Of a DNA stretch of 64,000 bases, positions 23,481 to 35,066 are shown in pieces. Position numbers and translations under genes: made by a program. Location of the stretch: contig NMRA01000012.1 in the NCBI GenBank assembly GCA_002633005.1, positions 62,001 to 126,000 of the forward strand, in the 5' to 3' direction. Source of the DNA: Phoronis australis. Taxonomy: Eukaryota; Animalia; Phoronida. Below the pieces are notes generated by a model that saw only the letters and a program-made list of their open reading frames with translations, had not been told where the DNA came from and made no database searches. Positions within the stretch are counted from its first letter, which is position 1. Every line of letters begins with the position of its first letter.

Positions 23481-26400
23481 ACTATATATTAATAAAGCAC
23501 AAAAATATTTCCAGGTGATCAGTGCAATGGGCACACATACGCGGCCTGCACACATCTGGTACAACGTGTACCAGACCGCCTGCAATTTTTTACAGCGGAC
23601 CAACCTTTCAAGTTTTTGGGTACATTTCAATTTCTTGGGAAGAAAACATTACACTAGATGAGAATGACACACAAATTATCTTGAAAATGAGGCATTCAAA
23701 ATAGAAGGAGATAACGATGAAACGAAACTCAGTGTTTTAACTTTGTTTTTATTCCTTCGACGTATCAAAAGTACCTTCCAAGTGACACACCTATCAACTC
23801 AATATGCATCTTCTTGGCTTAATTACCTTAAATGACACTACAAAACAGTCTTGATGTAAGACTCTGCATACATGCATGAAAACACATGGATTACAACTGC
23901 ATCTATGTTTTTGTAGTCAACAACATTGCACAAAAGGTGATTTAACGATTACCACCAAAGGACCACAAATTTTATCGGGTTCACTGGCTCTGCATTTTCC
24001 AAAGTTGTAACATTGTTTCTCCGCAGTACATGTACTCATAAAAGCACGCACGCACGCATGCACATACATGTACAAAAGCATAATTTTAGTAAACAATATT
24101 TAAGGCATTAATCAAACAAACATCAGATAGTCAAGGTAACGAGGGCCTTTTTAGTAATGATGAGACATGATTGAACACTCACTGAACAGGAAAATGCCAC
24201 ACGACACATGTCAACAAATGGAGGACAAGGACATTTTTCTAATGACATTTGGAGCATAATGTGTGGAGATATAACAACAGCAACTAGGATTGATTACAGT
24301 TAGTGTGTCATGTCATATCAATTGTTAGCTGGCTGAATATAGTCACAGATGAGTCCACCCAGTAAACATAAATCACTGACCAACTTGCATTCATCAAGTC
24401 AGGAAGGAACTCAACAAGTGACCACCCCGCGCTTGGTTGCTTTCGTCAAAATTGGTCACCTCCAACAATATCATATGACCTCAAATAATGCGCTGATCTT
24501 CACGGTTTATTTTTAAAAATATGGAGGACATCAAGTTTCTCTATGGCTGGGCTGTTCAACCAACATCACCCAATCAACAGATACTTTAGGCAATATTTAG
24601 AAAGGACATTAATGGAATGACAAGTATTTCAAATATGCTAGATATTCAGGGTTGGCCAGCAGACACAGTCTCCAGTGTTCTAACCTTACTTACTTTGCTA
24701 ATTTTCTCACCTGCTGAGAAATATAATGAATTATACCTAGGCAGTCTGCTGTATGTAGATAGCCTCTTAATGACTTACATATGTTACCTAGCACACTGAG
24801 GTGTTAATCAAAGTAAAAAACAATCCACAATTAAATATCACTGGAACAGAAAGCCATGTCGAATTTCATGTAACCCAATACATACATAACGAACTAAAAC
24901 AGGTGAACAAGGTACCTCAAAATTAATTAACAAAAAAACGTATAATAACCCTAAATTTCAGATGTTCTTTTCAAATTAGGGATCTAAAATGACTCAACAT
25001 ATGAGATTGTTTTCACATTTCATTAAAGAAAAGGGCATTTGTCCAAAAAGTTCCCATCATTACAAATACCATTAATTTATATTTCAATGATAAAACAATA
25101 TATTTCAAAATCATAGATCTAACCTCAACTTCATAATAAAAAACAACATTTCAGAGTAATAAAATTAAGAAGTACGAATATACAGGTCCTGTAGTAACTT
25201 TATCCTGTGCCATATTGTGTACGATTGCTAAAAAATCTCAAATCATCAACTGCAGTATAATGTGCAGGCAAAAGATCGGAAATCTTGAACAATTTAACAA
25301 CTTAAAAACCAACCAATAATAACAACGGTCTTCAACTGTAACCTCTAGAAGCCCTGAAGCAACACGGTATTCCAAGATATCCCAGTACAGATTTCAGCTT
25401 CACCATCAGGTCAATGTTTAAAGTTTGAAGATAAAATGCTATCAAATTTGCTATTAAGAGCAAAAGCAGACACAGCTAAAATCAATGTTCTTCAAATCTC
25501 TGAAGTTTATAATAGTAAAGTCGGTCTTAACCTTGAGGATTTCTGGATTGAATTCTTATCTGTATTCTAAATCACTGTTGACAACATACTGTCAGTTATA
25601 AAACACCTGAGCTGTTATAAAACACCTGAGCTATCAATAAACAAATTACCAGAACTATGTGATAGAATAAATTACGAACGAAACTTTTAAGTGCAAAAAG
25701 AGTGCAAATAGAAAGTAATGGTGGCTAATCATCTTATCATCAGCCATCACAACTGACCGAGATGAACCAGAGCGCTCTCAGTTCTTTAAGGTCCAACTAG
25801 TGTTAAGGTGTACTCTTCATTTGCCACAATCTGGGTTAATAGCATTGCCCTATACATAAAGCCAGCAATAAAAACCACATCAACTTCAATGCTAGTAAAA
25901 TTCAAGTCCGCTCAAAGGAACTTGGCGTAAATTGAGCTCACAAATGATTTTCGTCACACATGTACACGTCATGTTTTAACTTCTTTTTAGGCCGCGAAAA
26001 CTTAAGCCACGGCAACAAAAGCACAGCAAGTGTGTTGAAGTCCATAATGCACACATACAAAAACTAACAAGTGAGGTCAACATTACAGTGCAAACAGCCC
26101 TGCATTACAAGCTATTCACCCTGTCTGAAATGGCATTCACTGTTCACCATGTACCTATGGCTATGGACTTTGAAAGCATCAAGTAGAAAAAGCCCAAGCT
26201 TAGCATTTTTAGACAAAAATAATGCAGCTCAACAACCTTTAGCAACACTGTGTATTATAGCTGTTCCATTGATACCCTTGTGTTGCAAATGGTAAACATA
26301 TTATTCACATCTGGGTCACTGGCTAACATGGTGAATAGAATTAGATGGGTTTACAACAATCTAAATTTATGAATAAATCAAGTTTAATGCACTTTGAAAC

Positions 26401-29297
26401 TAATCAAAAACATGGCTAAATATCAATGTCAACATATTAGCATAAGCAGGGTTTGCTAAAAACTCTGAGCAGGTTAAGCAAAACAAGTATTTTACAGCAA
26501 CTACTAATACCTTCATGTGCGCTGGTTGCCTCTGAAGCTGGAGTGACCTTTTGACCTGAGGCTAGGTGCATAGTCAACTATATAGTCTCAACACCAGCAA
26601 CTGGTGTAGCCTCACACCCAATAAACAACCTATAGTAGGCCTGATGTTGGCATTGACCGACTTGGATATCTGACAATCAATAAAAAGGCTTGAGAGACTT
26701 CCATTGAGAGAACTTGTAAACCTCTTTCATTCAAAACACAAGGGAAAATGCAAAATTGGGTTATCGATGAAGTGAAAAGGCATGCATAAATCAGCCCCTG
26801 GGCTGAGATGTGTTCCTGTCCAATGCCAAACTTAAGAAGAGAATTCCAATGGTAATCTTAAGATAACTGTGATAGTCAAGAGAACCATTTAAGTTGCTTC
26901 CAACAACTTTGTGACATGTCAAAATCAAGAAAGGTCTCTTTTATTTAAGAAAAAAACTTAGAGCATGGCAACAATTTCTCCTGAGATATTGTCACGAAGT
27001 AATTATGGCACCTTAAAATAATTTTAATGATAGTAATAAAAATCAACAAACATGCACAGAAGACTGAGAAACAAGTAGAATTTTGGTAACATAGAGAACA
27101 GATATATTTATCTTATCCCATCTAAAAGAGTGAGCGAGATCAAAATCTCAACAATTTAGAACACAACATGGCAAACAAAAAGTGGTTACAAAGCTCACTA
27201 TAGTTGAGATTTCGCTAGTCGTGCAAGTTACCCAAAAAACAGGCGATTACGCCAGCACTTTAGCAGCCAGACCTCGTCAAAGGACGCAAATTTACATCAG
27301 GGAGACGCTACCGTTGTTACTGCTGAGCCAAAACGACTATAAACTCCCCCTTCCATCACAACTAACTTTTGATTTACCATCCACTTACTGCTGTGAACTG
27401 TGTTACCTCAATTCAACATGTTACTTAGTCAAATCAGAGGCATTTCAGGGTTTTGAAAGAACTGTCAATTTGTTGTTTCTTCAGATCAAGCTCATTGAAT
27501 TACAGGTCACGGCATGACCTGAATTTTTACTAGCTTCAACCACAGAAATAAGGAACTGTCAATTCTACCCCAGAACTTCTGAACAGAGTACGGCGGTACG
27601 AAGACAAGACCAATTTTATAACAGTACGTTGCCTAAATTAAAACCTATTTTTGACAGAAAGTACAGGTTTAAAGCAGCTAAAATGTTTTAATATCAATTC
27701 TCACTTCAAAAGCATTGTAGGTGGTGAGAACTACTTGTAAAATGATCCCATTCCAGACAGGGTAACTATCTGTCTGGCTAAAATTGTTAATATTCTGCAA
27801 CCGAAAAAACAACAGTTATTGCCAAATTGCAGAACCAGGGAAAGTTGCAAGTAAAACCAAAATTCCTCTCTTTCTCACCTTCATCTGACTAAGAAAACAA
27901 GCCTACCTCCAGACAAACACCAGTTTTTGGAATTTTTGTGACTAGAGAAGTAAAGACTAAACCATGTGCAGTCCATTTCTCATCTTCTCCCATCTACATT
28001 GTTGTCATGGATTCATGAGGTCTGCCACATGTGTTGGGGTATATACAATTTCTTCCACAAGCCAGAACGGTTATGTAACATCCTGCACATTGCAGAAGCA
28101 AAAATCTCTGACCTGCCTTCTAAAACACAACACAGGGGAAGGTCAGTGACACAGTCAACCAAACACAATCCAAAACAGGTGAAAGAAGGTCTTGAAGAAA
28201 AGTTCAGGTCACTGGTACTGCTATTGGACACTTTCTGCTGATTGACAAGCAGCAAAAACCATATTGACCAATGCATTTTGGCAAACTTTCATTCACCAAC
28301 TTACAGTAAAACATGGCGCACAAGAAATTTCATTTCTTATGAAAGACAAATAGCCCTACTTAAGAATTTTCCCATTTCCAAATAAAAGCTTTGAACAATC
28401 GTTGAAGTATTGCCAGATATGAAAGTAATTTTGCTCAACTTTACATATTTCATTCAGAATTAATTGTCCGCAATCATGTCACTTTTACATTACTAGCTAC
28501 TGCCAGTCAAAATGAAAAATTGTATGCATACACAACACAGGTTTATCCAATGTTTCAAAATAGAGCAATCAAATAAGTTTACCAATTTCTCAGGGTGTCC
28601 ATGATCAGAAATACATTGTGACTGCGTTTTTATGATCCCAAGTCAAACTGTTGTTATAGAGTGGTATGTTGCTATGGAGACATGGATATGTTAAAGCATT
28701 TATTGCATCTTACATCATATCTCAATCAACTTTGTTATTGTGGATCCTCCAATGAGCTTTCAAAACTAGTGTCAGCAGGTTAAAAATTGATGCCAGTGCT
28801 TCCTTGCTAACTGAACAGGGTGTCTCAATACTGAGCAGGGTGTTCTAGATAGAGTGCCTACATTTGGGTCAGGGTGTCTGTAGTATCCACTGTTTTAATA
28901 TAGTATTTTAGTTGACCACCAGAGGCCAGTAGTGTAGGAGGTCAAGGTCTGGTAATAAAAGTATTGAAATGTTTGCCACTTAGTTCCGTAATATTTCCCG
29001 TGACTCCAAAAGTTAAGATACAACATTTGGCGACGAGGAAATCCAAACCCTAAACTTAGTGAGAACTGTCTGGACTATAAATTAGCGCCGTCACTTCCGA
29101 CATGGCGACATACATTACCGTTAACCCTGTCGGTCCAATTGACCCCCATGGTCCATTTGGACACTCCAAATAGTTAAGGAGATGGCTCAATTAACGTCAG
29201 GAGCTCCAGCACATGAAAAATGGCAACTTGGCATTCATGTTTGTCTGAAAAACTTTTAACAGTAGTGACTGACACAGGCAACATTAGCATTCTTCAA

Positions 29298-29385
29298 AGG
29301 CCGTGTCATACTAACATCGATGTGTCAATGTTTGGGATCAGAATGAACAGTTAACGCTGGTCCTGGATAAAAGTTAACAGTGCCA
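29298..29385 (+). mobile_element. Truncated left end of the same PIF/Harbinger-like MITE
   Basis: AGGCCGTGTCATACTAACATCGATGTGTCAATGTTTGGG...GGTCCTGGATAAAAGTTAACA aligns with 16788-16880. Confidence 0.6.
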
Positions 29386-29465
29386 GATTTCACAGCAGAC
29401 TGTGACTAATAGTCTCCATAACTGTCGGATTACCATTATGTGGTGTTATTAACACACTACAAAAG

Positions 29466-29679
29466 CAGGGCTTGGAATGACCAACGACAAAAAAGAAAGT
29501 TTTACAGGTGATCTATCGTTCTACAAACAAATAGGCTTACGTGATGGAAATGTTTTTTGCATGAATACAGTCAAATAATGATAAAATGAGAGGAAAAAGA
29601 GGAAACTGGAAATAACATAACAGGAAATCAAAACTAAAAAAGAGGAAATCCTTTAAAAAGAGGAAAATTCAAAGGCCTG
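29466..29679. mobile_element. Short hAT-like MITE
   Basis: CAGGGCTTGGAAT / ATTCAAAGGCCTG termini with sub-terminal AGAGGAAA repeats. Confidence 0.5.
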
Positions 29680-29828
29680 AGAAGATGCCAACAGAAAACG
29701 ATGTACTTGGTGACGAATGCAAACTACACTACGACCCAAAATTGATTACTGTTTTTGATAATCAATTCACACAAGTAAATTACCGGTGAGCACTAGCCTG
29801 AGCAGTGGGCGCTTAATTGAAAATTCTA

Positions 29829-32269
29829 AACAAGAGCAACTCAAAGCGTTGCAATGCGCCCACGAATGCACTGCAAACAGTGTGCTTCTAGGGGGTGTAT
29901 TTAGTATAATAAAAATGGTCATTAGATGGCACAGAAGACATTGAACTTATCCAAAAATCGGAAGGTGTCATCATCTCTCACAGCTATTTGCCATATTTAA
30001 TGAAAATCCATCTAAAAACGCCAAAGATACCAACTAAAGGCAATTGCCACTAGGAACCACATCCACAGATGCAAAATATGTACTAGGAGGCACCACAGTA
30101 GTCGGCCCCATTCAAAAATTATCGTCAGCTGTCCTCTTCCCAGTAAGAACATGTGATCAATTTCATAATTATCCTAAGAGAGGTTTCGCTAAAAACAGAC
30201 TTAAATCTAATAAAAACAGCCACCAGGTAGCACGCAGTACATCAAATCTAACTGAAAATGGAAAAAATGTCATCGCTTAACTCCAAAGATACTGAAGAAG
30301 ACAGAAAAAATAACAAATGTCCTGCTACTAGGAGCCACTGCAGTTAGAGCTGTCTGAAGATCATCGTAAGCCATCCTTTTCACAGTAAGAACACATGTCA
30401 ATTTTCATAATCGTCCTTACAGTGGTTTGGCCCATAAACAGGCACATGGCAAAAAACAAGATCGAAAAACAGTAAAAATGGCTACTAGGTGGCGCAAAAT
30501 AAGTTGAATCCCTCAGAAAACAAAAATGTGTCATCGTTACTTTAATAGAAACCTATTTACCAAACTGTATCAAAATCCCTCCAGGAACTCCAAAGAAACA
30601 GAGGAAAAAGAAAAAAGTCACCAGATCGAGGGCACAGTGCTCGTTGGATCTGTCCAAAAGTCACGGTCGTCTATTGTCAACTTCATATAAATACACTTGC
30701 TAAATTTAATAAAGATCTTGCAGTGGGTTTAGGAGATAGCCATGGGTGCAAAAAAAACTGCCACTAGGATGCACCACAGAAGTCAAAGTCGTCGGTAAAG
30801 CATTGTCAACCATCTTCTTCACAACAAGAACATACATGCCAATTTTCACAATCATCCTTAGTGGTTTGGTTGATAGAAGGACCCCAAAAAACAGACTCGA
30901 AAACAGTAAAAACGGCCACTAGGTGGTGCAAAATACATTGAAACCATCCGAAAACGAGAGGATAGTGTCACCTCAATAAAAGATGCCCATGCGCCAAATT
31001 TCATGAAAATCCATTGAAGACCTTTGAAGATAGAGGTAAACATAAAAACCTAAAATTGCCACTAGGGGGCACAACAGAGCTTGGATCCGTCCAAAATTCG
31101 TCGTCGTCNACCCATTCAAAAATTATCGTCAGCTGTCCTCTTCCCAGTAAGAACATGTGACCAATTTCATAATTATCCTAAGAGAGGTTTCGCTAAAAAC
31201 AGACTTAAATCTAATAAAAACAGCCACCAGGTGGCACGCAGTACATCAAATCCAACTGAAAATGGAAAAATGTCATCGCTTAACTCCAAAGATACTGAAG
31301 AAGACAGAAAAAATAACAAATGTCCTGCCACTAGGAGCCACTGTAGTGAGAGCTGTCTGAAGATCATCGTAAGCCATCCTTTTCACAGTAAGAACACATG
31401 TCAATTTTCATAATCGTCCTTACAGTGGTTTGGCCCATAAACAGGCACATGGCAAAAAACAAGATCGAAAACAGTAAAAATGGCTACTAGGTGGCGCAAA
31501 ATAAGTTGAATCCCTCAGAAAACAGAAATGTGTCATCGTTACTTTAATAGAAACCTATTTACCAAACTGTATCAAAATCCCTCCAGAAACTCCAAAGAAA
31601 CAAGAGGAAAAAGAAAAAAGTCACCAGATCGAGGGCACAGTGCTCGTTGGATCTGTCCAAAAGTCACGGTCGTCTATTGTCAACTTCATATAAATACAGT
31701 TGCTAAATTTAATAAAGATCTTGCAGTGGGTTTAGGAGATAGCCATGGGTGCAAAAAAAACTGCCGCTAGGATGCACCACAGAAGTCAAAGTCATCGGTA
31801 AAGCATTGTCAACCATCTTCTTCACAACAAGAACATACATGCCAATTTTCACAATCATCCTTAGTGGTTTGGTTGATAGAAGGACCCCAAAAAACAGACT
31901 CGAAAACAGTAAAAACGGCCACTAGGTGGTGCAAAATACATTGAAACCATCCGAAAACGAGAGGATAGTGTCACCTCAATAAAAGATGCCCATGCGCCAA
32001 ATTTCATGAAAATCCATTGAAGACCTTTGAAGATAGAGGTAAACATAAAAACCTAAAATTGCCACTAGGGGGCACAACAGAGCTTGGATCCGTCCAAAAT
32101 TCGTCGTCGTCGGCTACTGAGGAAAACATCTGCCAAATATCATCATGATCCTGCAATGGGCTTAGAAGATACAGCTGCGGACGCAAGATGTCCAGACGCT
32201 GAACGCTGGATGCCCAGACAGAGATGACGGCAACATGCACCCACATGTAAATATGTGGGTGCATAAAAA
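29829..32269 (-). mobile_element. Helentron/DINE-1-like non-autonomous element, copy C (contains a 1-kb duplication at the N)
   Basis: Left end AACAAGAGCAACTCAAAGCGTTGC hairpin followed by sub-terminal TGCGCCCACG; right perfect 12-bp stem ATGCACCCACAT-gtaaat-ATGTGGGTGCAT then AAAAA. Inserted in an A-run with no TSD; tandem ~140-bp subunits. Confidence 0.8.
30107..32111 (+). repeat. ~1.0-kb near-identical direct duplication (30107-31108 / 31111-32111) separated by a single N
   Basis: Both copies start CCCATTCAAAAATTATCGTCAGC and end AAATTCGTCGTCGTC, with only scattered SNPs and 1-bp indels; N at 31109. The duplicated 61-aa ORF in the track confirms the repeat. Confidence 0.95.
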
Positions 32270-34098
32270 TGACGTTGGGCACTAAGCAGAGCACTGGGTG
32301 CTTAATCCAAAAGTTTCCAAAAGTAGGAGGTGGGTGCTTGCATGAACATGGATGTTAACCCAAACATGAATGGTATGAGCATATCCAATTGCAGTGCATC
32401 TTCAAACCAGCAACTGACTGGAAAGAACACGGTAGTCAATTTTGACTGTGGTAACAAGTCTCTCCTTTATTTTCTGTTACTTAATATTTAGAACATCAAT
32501 ATTTTCTCAACAGAAAGTTGATACCGTAAATTCTAATCAATTTCAGACAAAAATAACATAATCGCAATTTTCTCACTTTTAATGACTTCTTGCATTGTTA
32601 TGAATGTCCAACACTTGTCAAACTTTTGTGTGACGTTAGATATCAAACAAAGCTGGAAAACGGTGAAGTATTAATTTGGTGCAGTATATTTTGTAAAAAA
32701 TGAGAAAATAAAATTTCAGCTGTCCTAAATTGGTAAAATTTTACAATAATTAAATGTCATTTTGTAAACTTCGATGCTATTAGTATTTGCACTAATCTGT
32801 ATGTTTATGACCTTGTTATGACCTTGTTCATGTATGTGAATTCCCAAGTGACCACAAGAGTTCAAGAAATCAGGTATAATAATTCTTTAAAAAATTCAGT
32901 TTATTTAAATAATCTAAGTCATTTTGAAAGTGATTATGTATTAGGAAATGTTTTGTTCATTTTGAGTTTGATTTACAATTCACATCACAAGGAAAAAGTC
33001 TGCTGAATGTTAATAAAGTTAAACCATGCAGGAAACAAGAGGTTATCTCAAAACACATATGTAGTCTTTACAATAATCACATTCCTCTTACGCTAATAAA
33101 ATACACCTCAGTCCAACATTAAATTAGCTTCAACAGAGGTCAGTCTTATGACAGTGATTGTACATTTTCTAATCAGGGTACAACCCTCAAAATGACAGAT
33201 AGAAAAATCTAGTTTTACACAAATGACATTACGCTTATTTAAGAGGATTTTGACCACTGTATGACAATTCTATATGTACCTCAATTTAAACGACCATCTG
33301 TCACCCTTGGGGCGGCTTTGTAGATATTCTTTTTGAATCAGTCATCATTTAAATTAAAAGAGACACAACCAGTAGAATACAGTGGTAATCAACTTCGATA
33401 AACTTCATCTAATAAGAGTAAGATTATGCTGATGATTTTAACAAGCCAATGGCCATATTGACTGAAATTAGCTACCTTGGGTGTAACAATTCATGCAAAA
33501 TAACATGTGAACAAAATTGTTTTTCCCTATGACAATGAATACAGAAAAAAGTGTAGGACACTCGTTGACGGGATGATTACAACTGCATTCGTATTACTAA
33601 ACTCCAAACTACCTTTACCTAAGCTTACATGAAGGCACTGGTGATCACCCAATTTAGAGTCTTTTCGTTGTTTGAGAGTATTCTGTATACTTGAGCTGTC
33701 ATCAAAATTACATATGCAAGTTCCCACCAATTCAAGGATTTCATCTACAACACCGCCGCCATTATCTCAAATGCACTGTGGGGAAGTTGTCAGCTTGTAA
33801 ACATCTGGTGACATCACAGATAACTTGCGATTGTTTAACCCCATTCATAACTTATTGCATTTTAGGTGATGAGTTTTAACTTTAGCGTAAGTGAAAGGGA
33901 GTATGCCTTCAAATCTTTTTCACAAAAAACTTGGTCTATGTACTTTTCAGGGCATTTTGATGATTGTAATCAAGCTTCTGATTTTCTATGATGGTCGTAC
34001 TTACAACAAAAAAGAAACTGTAGTACCATAGATGAAATCGCCCAAATTAATAATGCGATTGGAAGTACCTGTAAAGATGCAGCACCTGAGAATCAGGT

Positions 34099-34770
34099 GT
34101 TTATTTATTGTGATGTTTAAAATGAGGGTGGCCTCTTCAGTGACAGCACTGCTTTCCAAGAGAGCCCTCTACAACAAAAACAGTAATATAATACAATGAA
34201 GTAATAAAACAACAATTAAATATGCGTAAAAAGATACAATTAAAACAGGTTGAGAATTAAAACAATAAATAAATGACGAAAAATGGTGAAAATATACTAA
34301 GAGAGATGAAATAAATAGATGACAGTGAGAGTATTTACGATAATGGAAAGAATGACATGATTGAGACAGGTAGGGTAAAAAGGTTAGGTTACTTGCAGCT
34401 ACTTTTTAATATTACGTTTGAAAATATCAATTGAATCGGACCGTTTAATTTCTGGGCTAAGAGAATTCCATATTGTAGCCGCAGCATAGATAAAAGATCT
34501 CTTGCCAGTCTCGGTTTTAATTTTTTTTTTTAAAGACACATTTCCAACAACAGAAGAGCGTGTAGAATATACAGCTTGATTGCTATTGAATTTTCGGCTA
34601 AGATATGCTGGAGCCAAGCCATTGATACATCTGTATATACAACAGGCAGAGAGATATTTATTTCTTTGTTTCACTTTCATAAATCCCAGCTTGGAATACA
34701 AGTCATCGACCTTGGTGTCCCGAATTCTAGTACCCAGGATAGCCCTGGCGGCTCTATTTTGGATTACTGG
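34099..34770 (-). mobile_element. 5'-truncated LINE of the CR1/L2/Crack group (ORF2 C-terminus plus 3' UTR)
   Basis: ORF 34399-34821 contains IQNRAARAI...LYSKLGF...QR...IYRCINGLAPAYL...YSTRS...KTETGKRSFIYAAATIWNSL...IFKRNIK, typical of the post-RT region. T-rich 3' UTR, AGGG...CCCT stem and AATAAATAAA tail. Confidence 0.9.
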
Positions 34771-35066
34771 GACTTCGCTGACAAGTGTGTTCACCCAGGA
34801 TTTCAAAAATAGAGCACCCAAAATGGGTTTCCCAATTTCCCAAGAAGCCTATGACCAATGATATGTGACTGGGTTTTGAAGGCTTAAATTCAAATTGATA
34901 TTGTTGAGACATGGGTCTATAATTGTTATTGTATTATACATCACACCTTTTATCATCATTGCTAAAATCCATCAGACAGTTTACACCAACCTTTATTTTA
35001 TTTACAATGGCACAACATTACAGTTGGTCATTTCTCTGGCCATTCTGATGTGTTGCAGTGTTCTCA

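Larger units (their letters stand above)
29780..32375. mobile_element. Fragment of the same TA-TIR family (29780-29827 plus 32270-32375), interrupted by Helentron-like copy C
   Basis: GAGCAGTGGGCGCTTAATTGAAAATTCT left of copy C and AAAGTAGGAGGTGGGTGC...CATGGATGTTAACCCAAACATGAATGGTA right of it align with 37860-38011. Confidence 0.65.
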
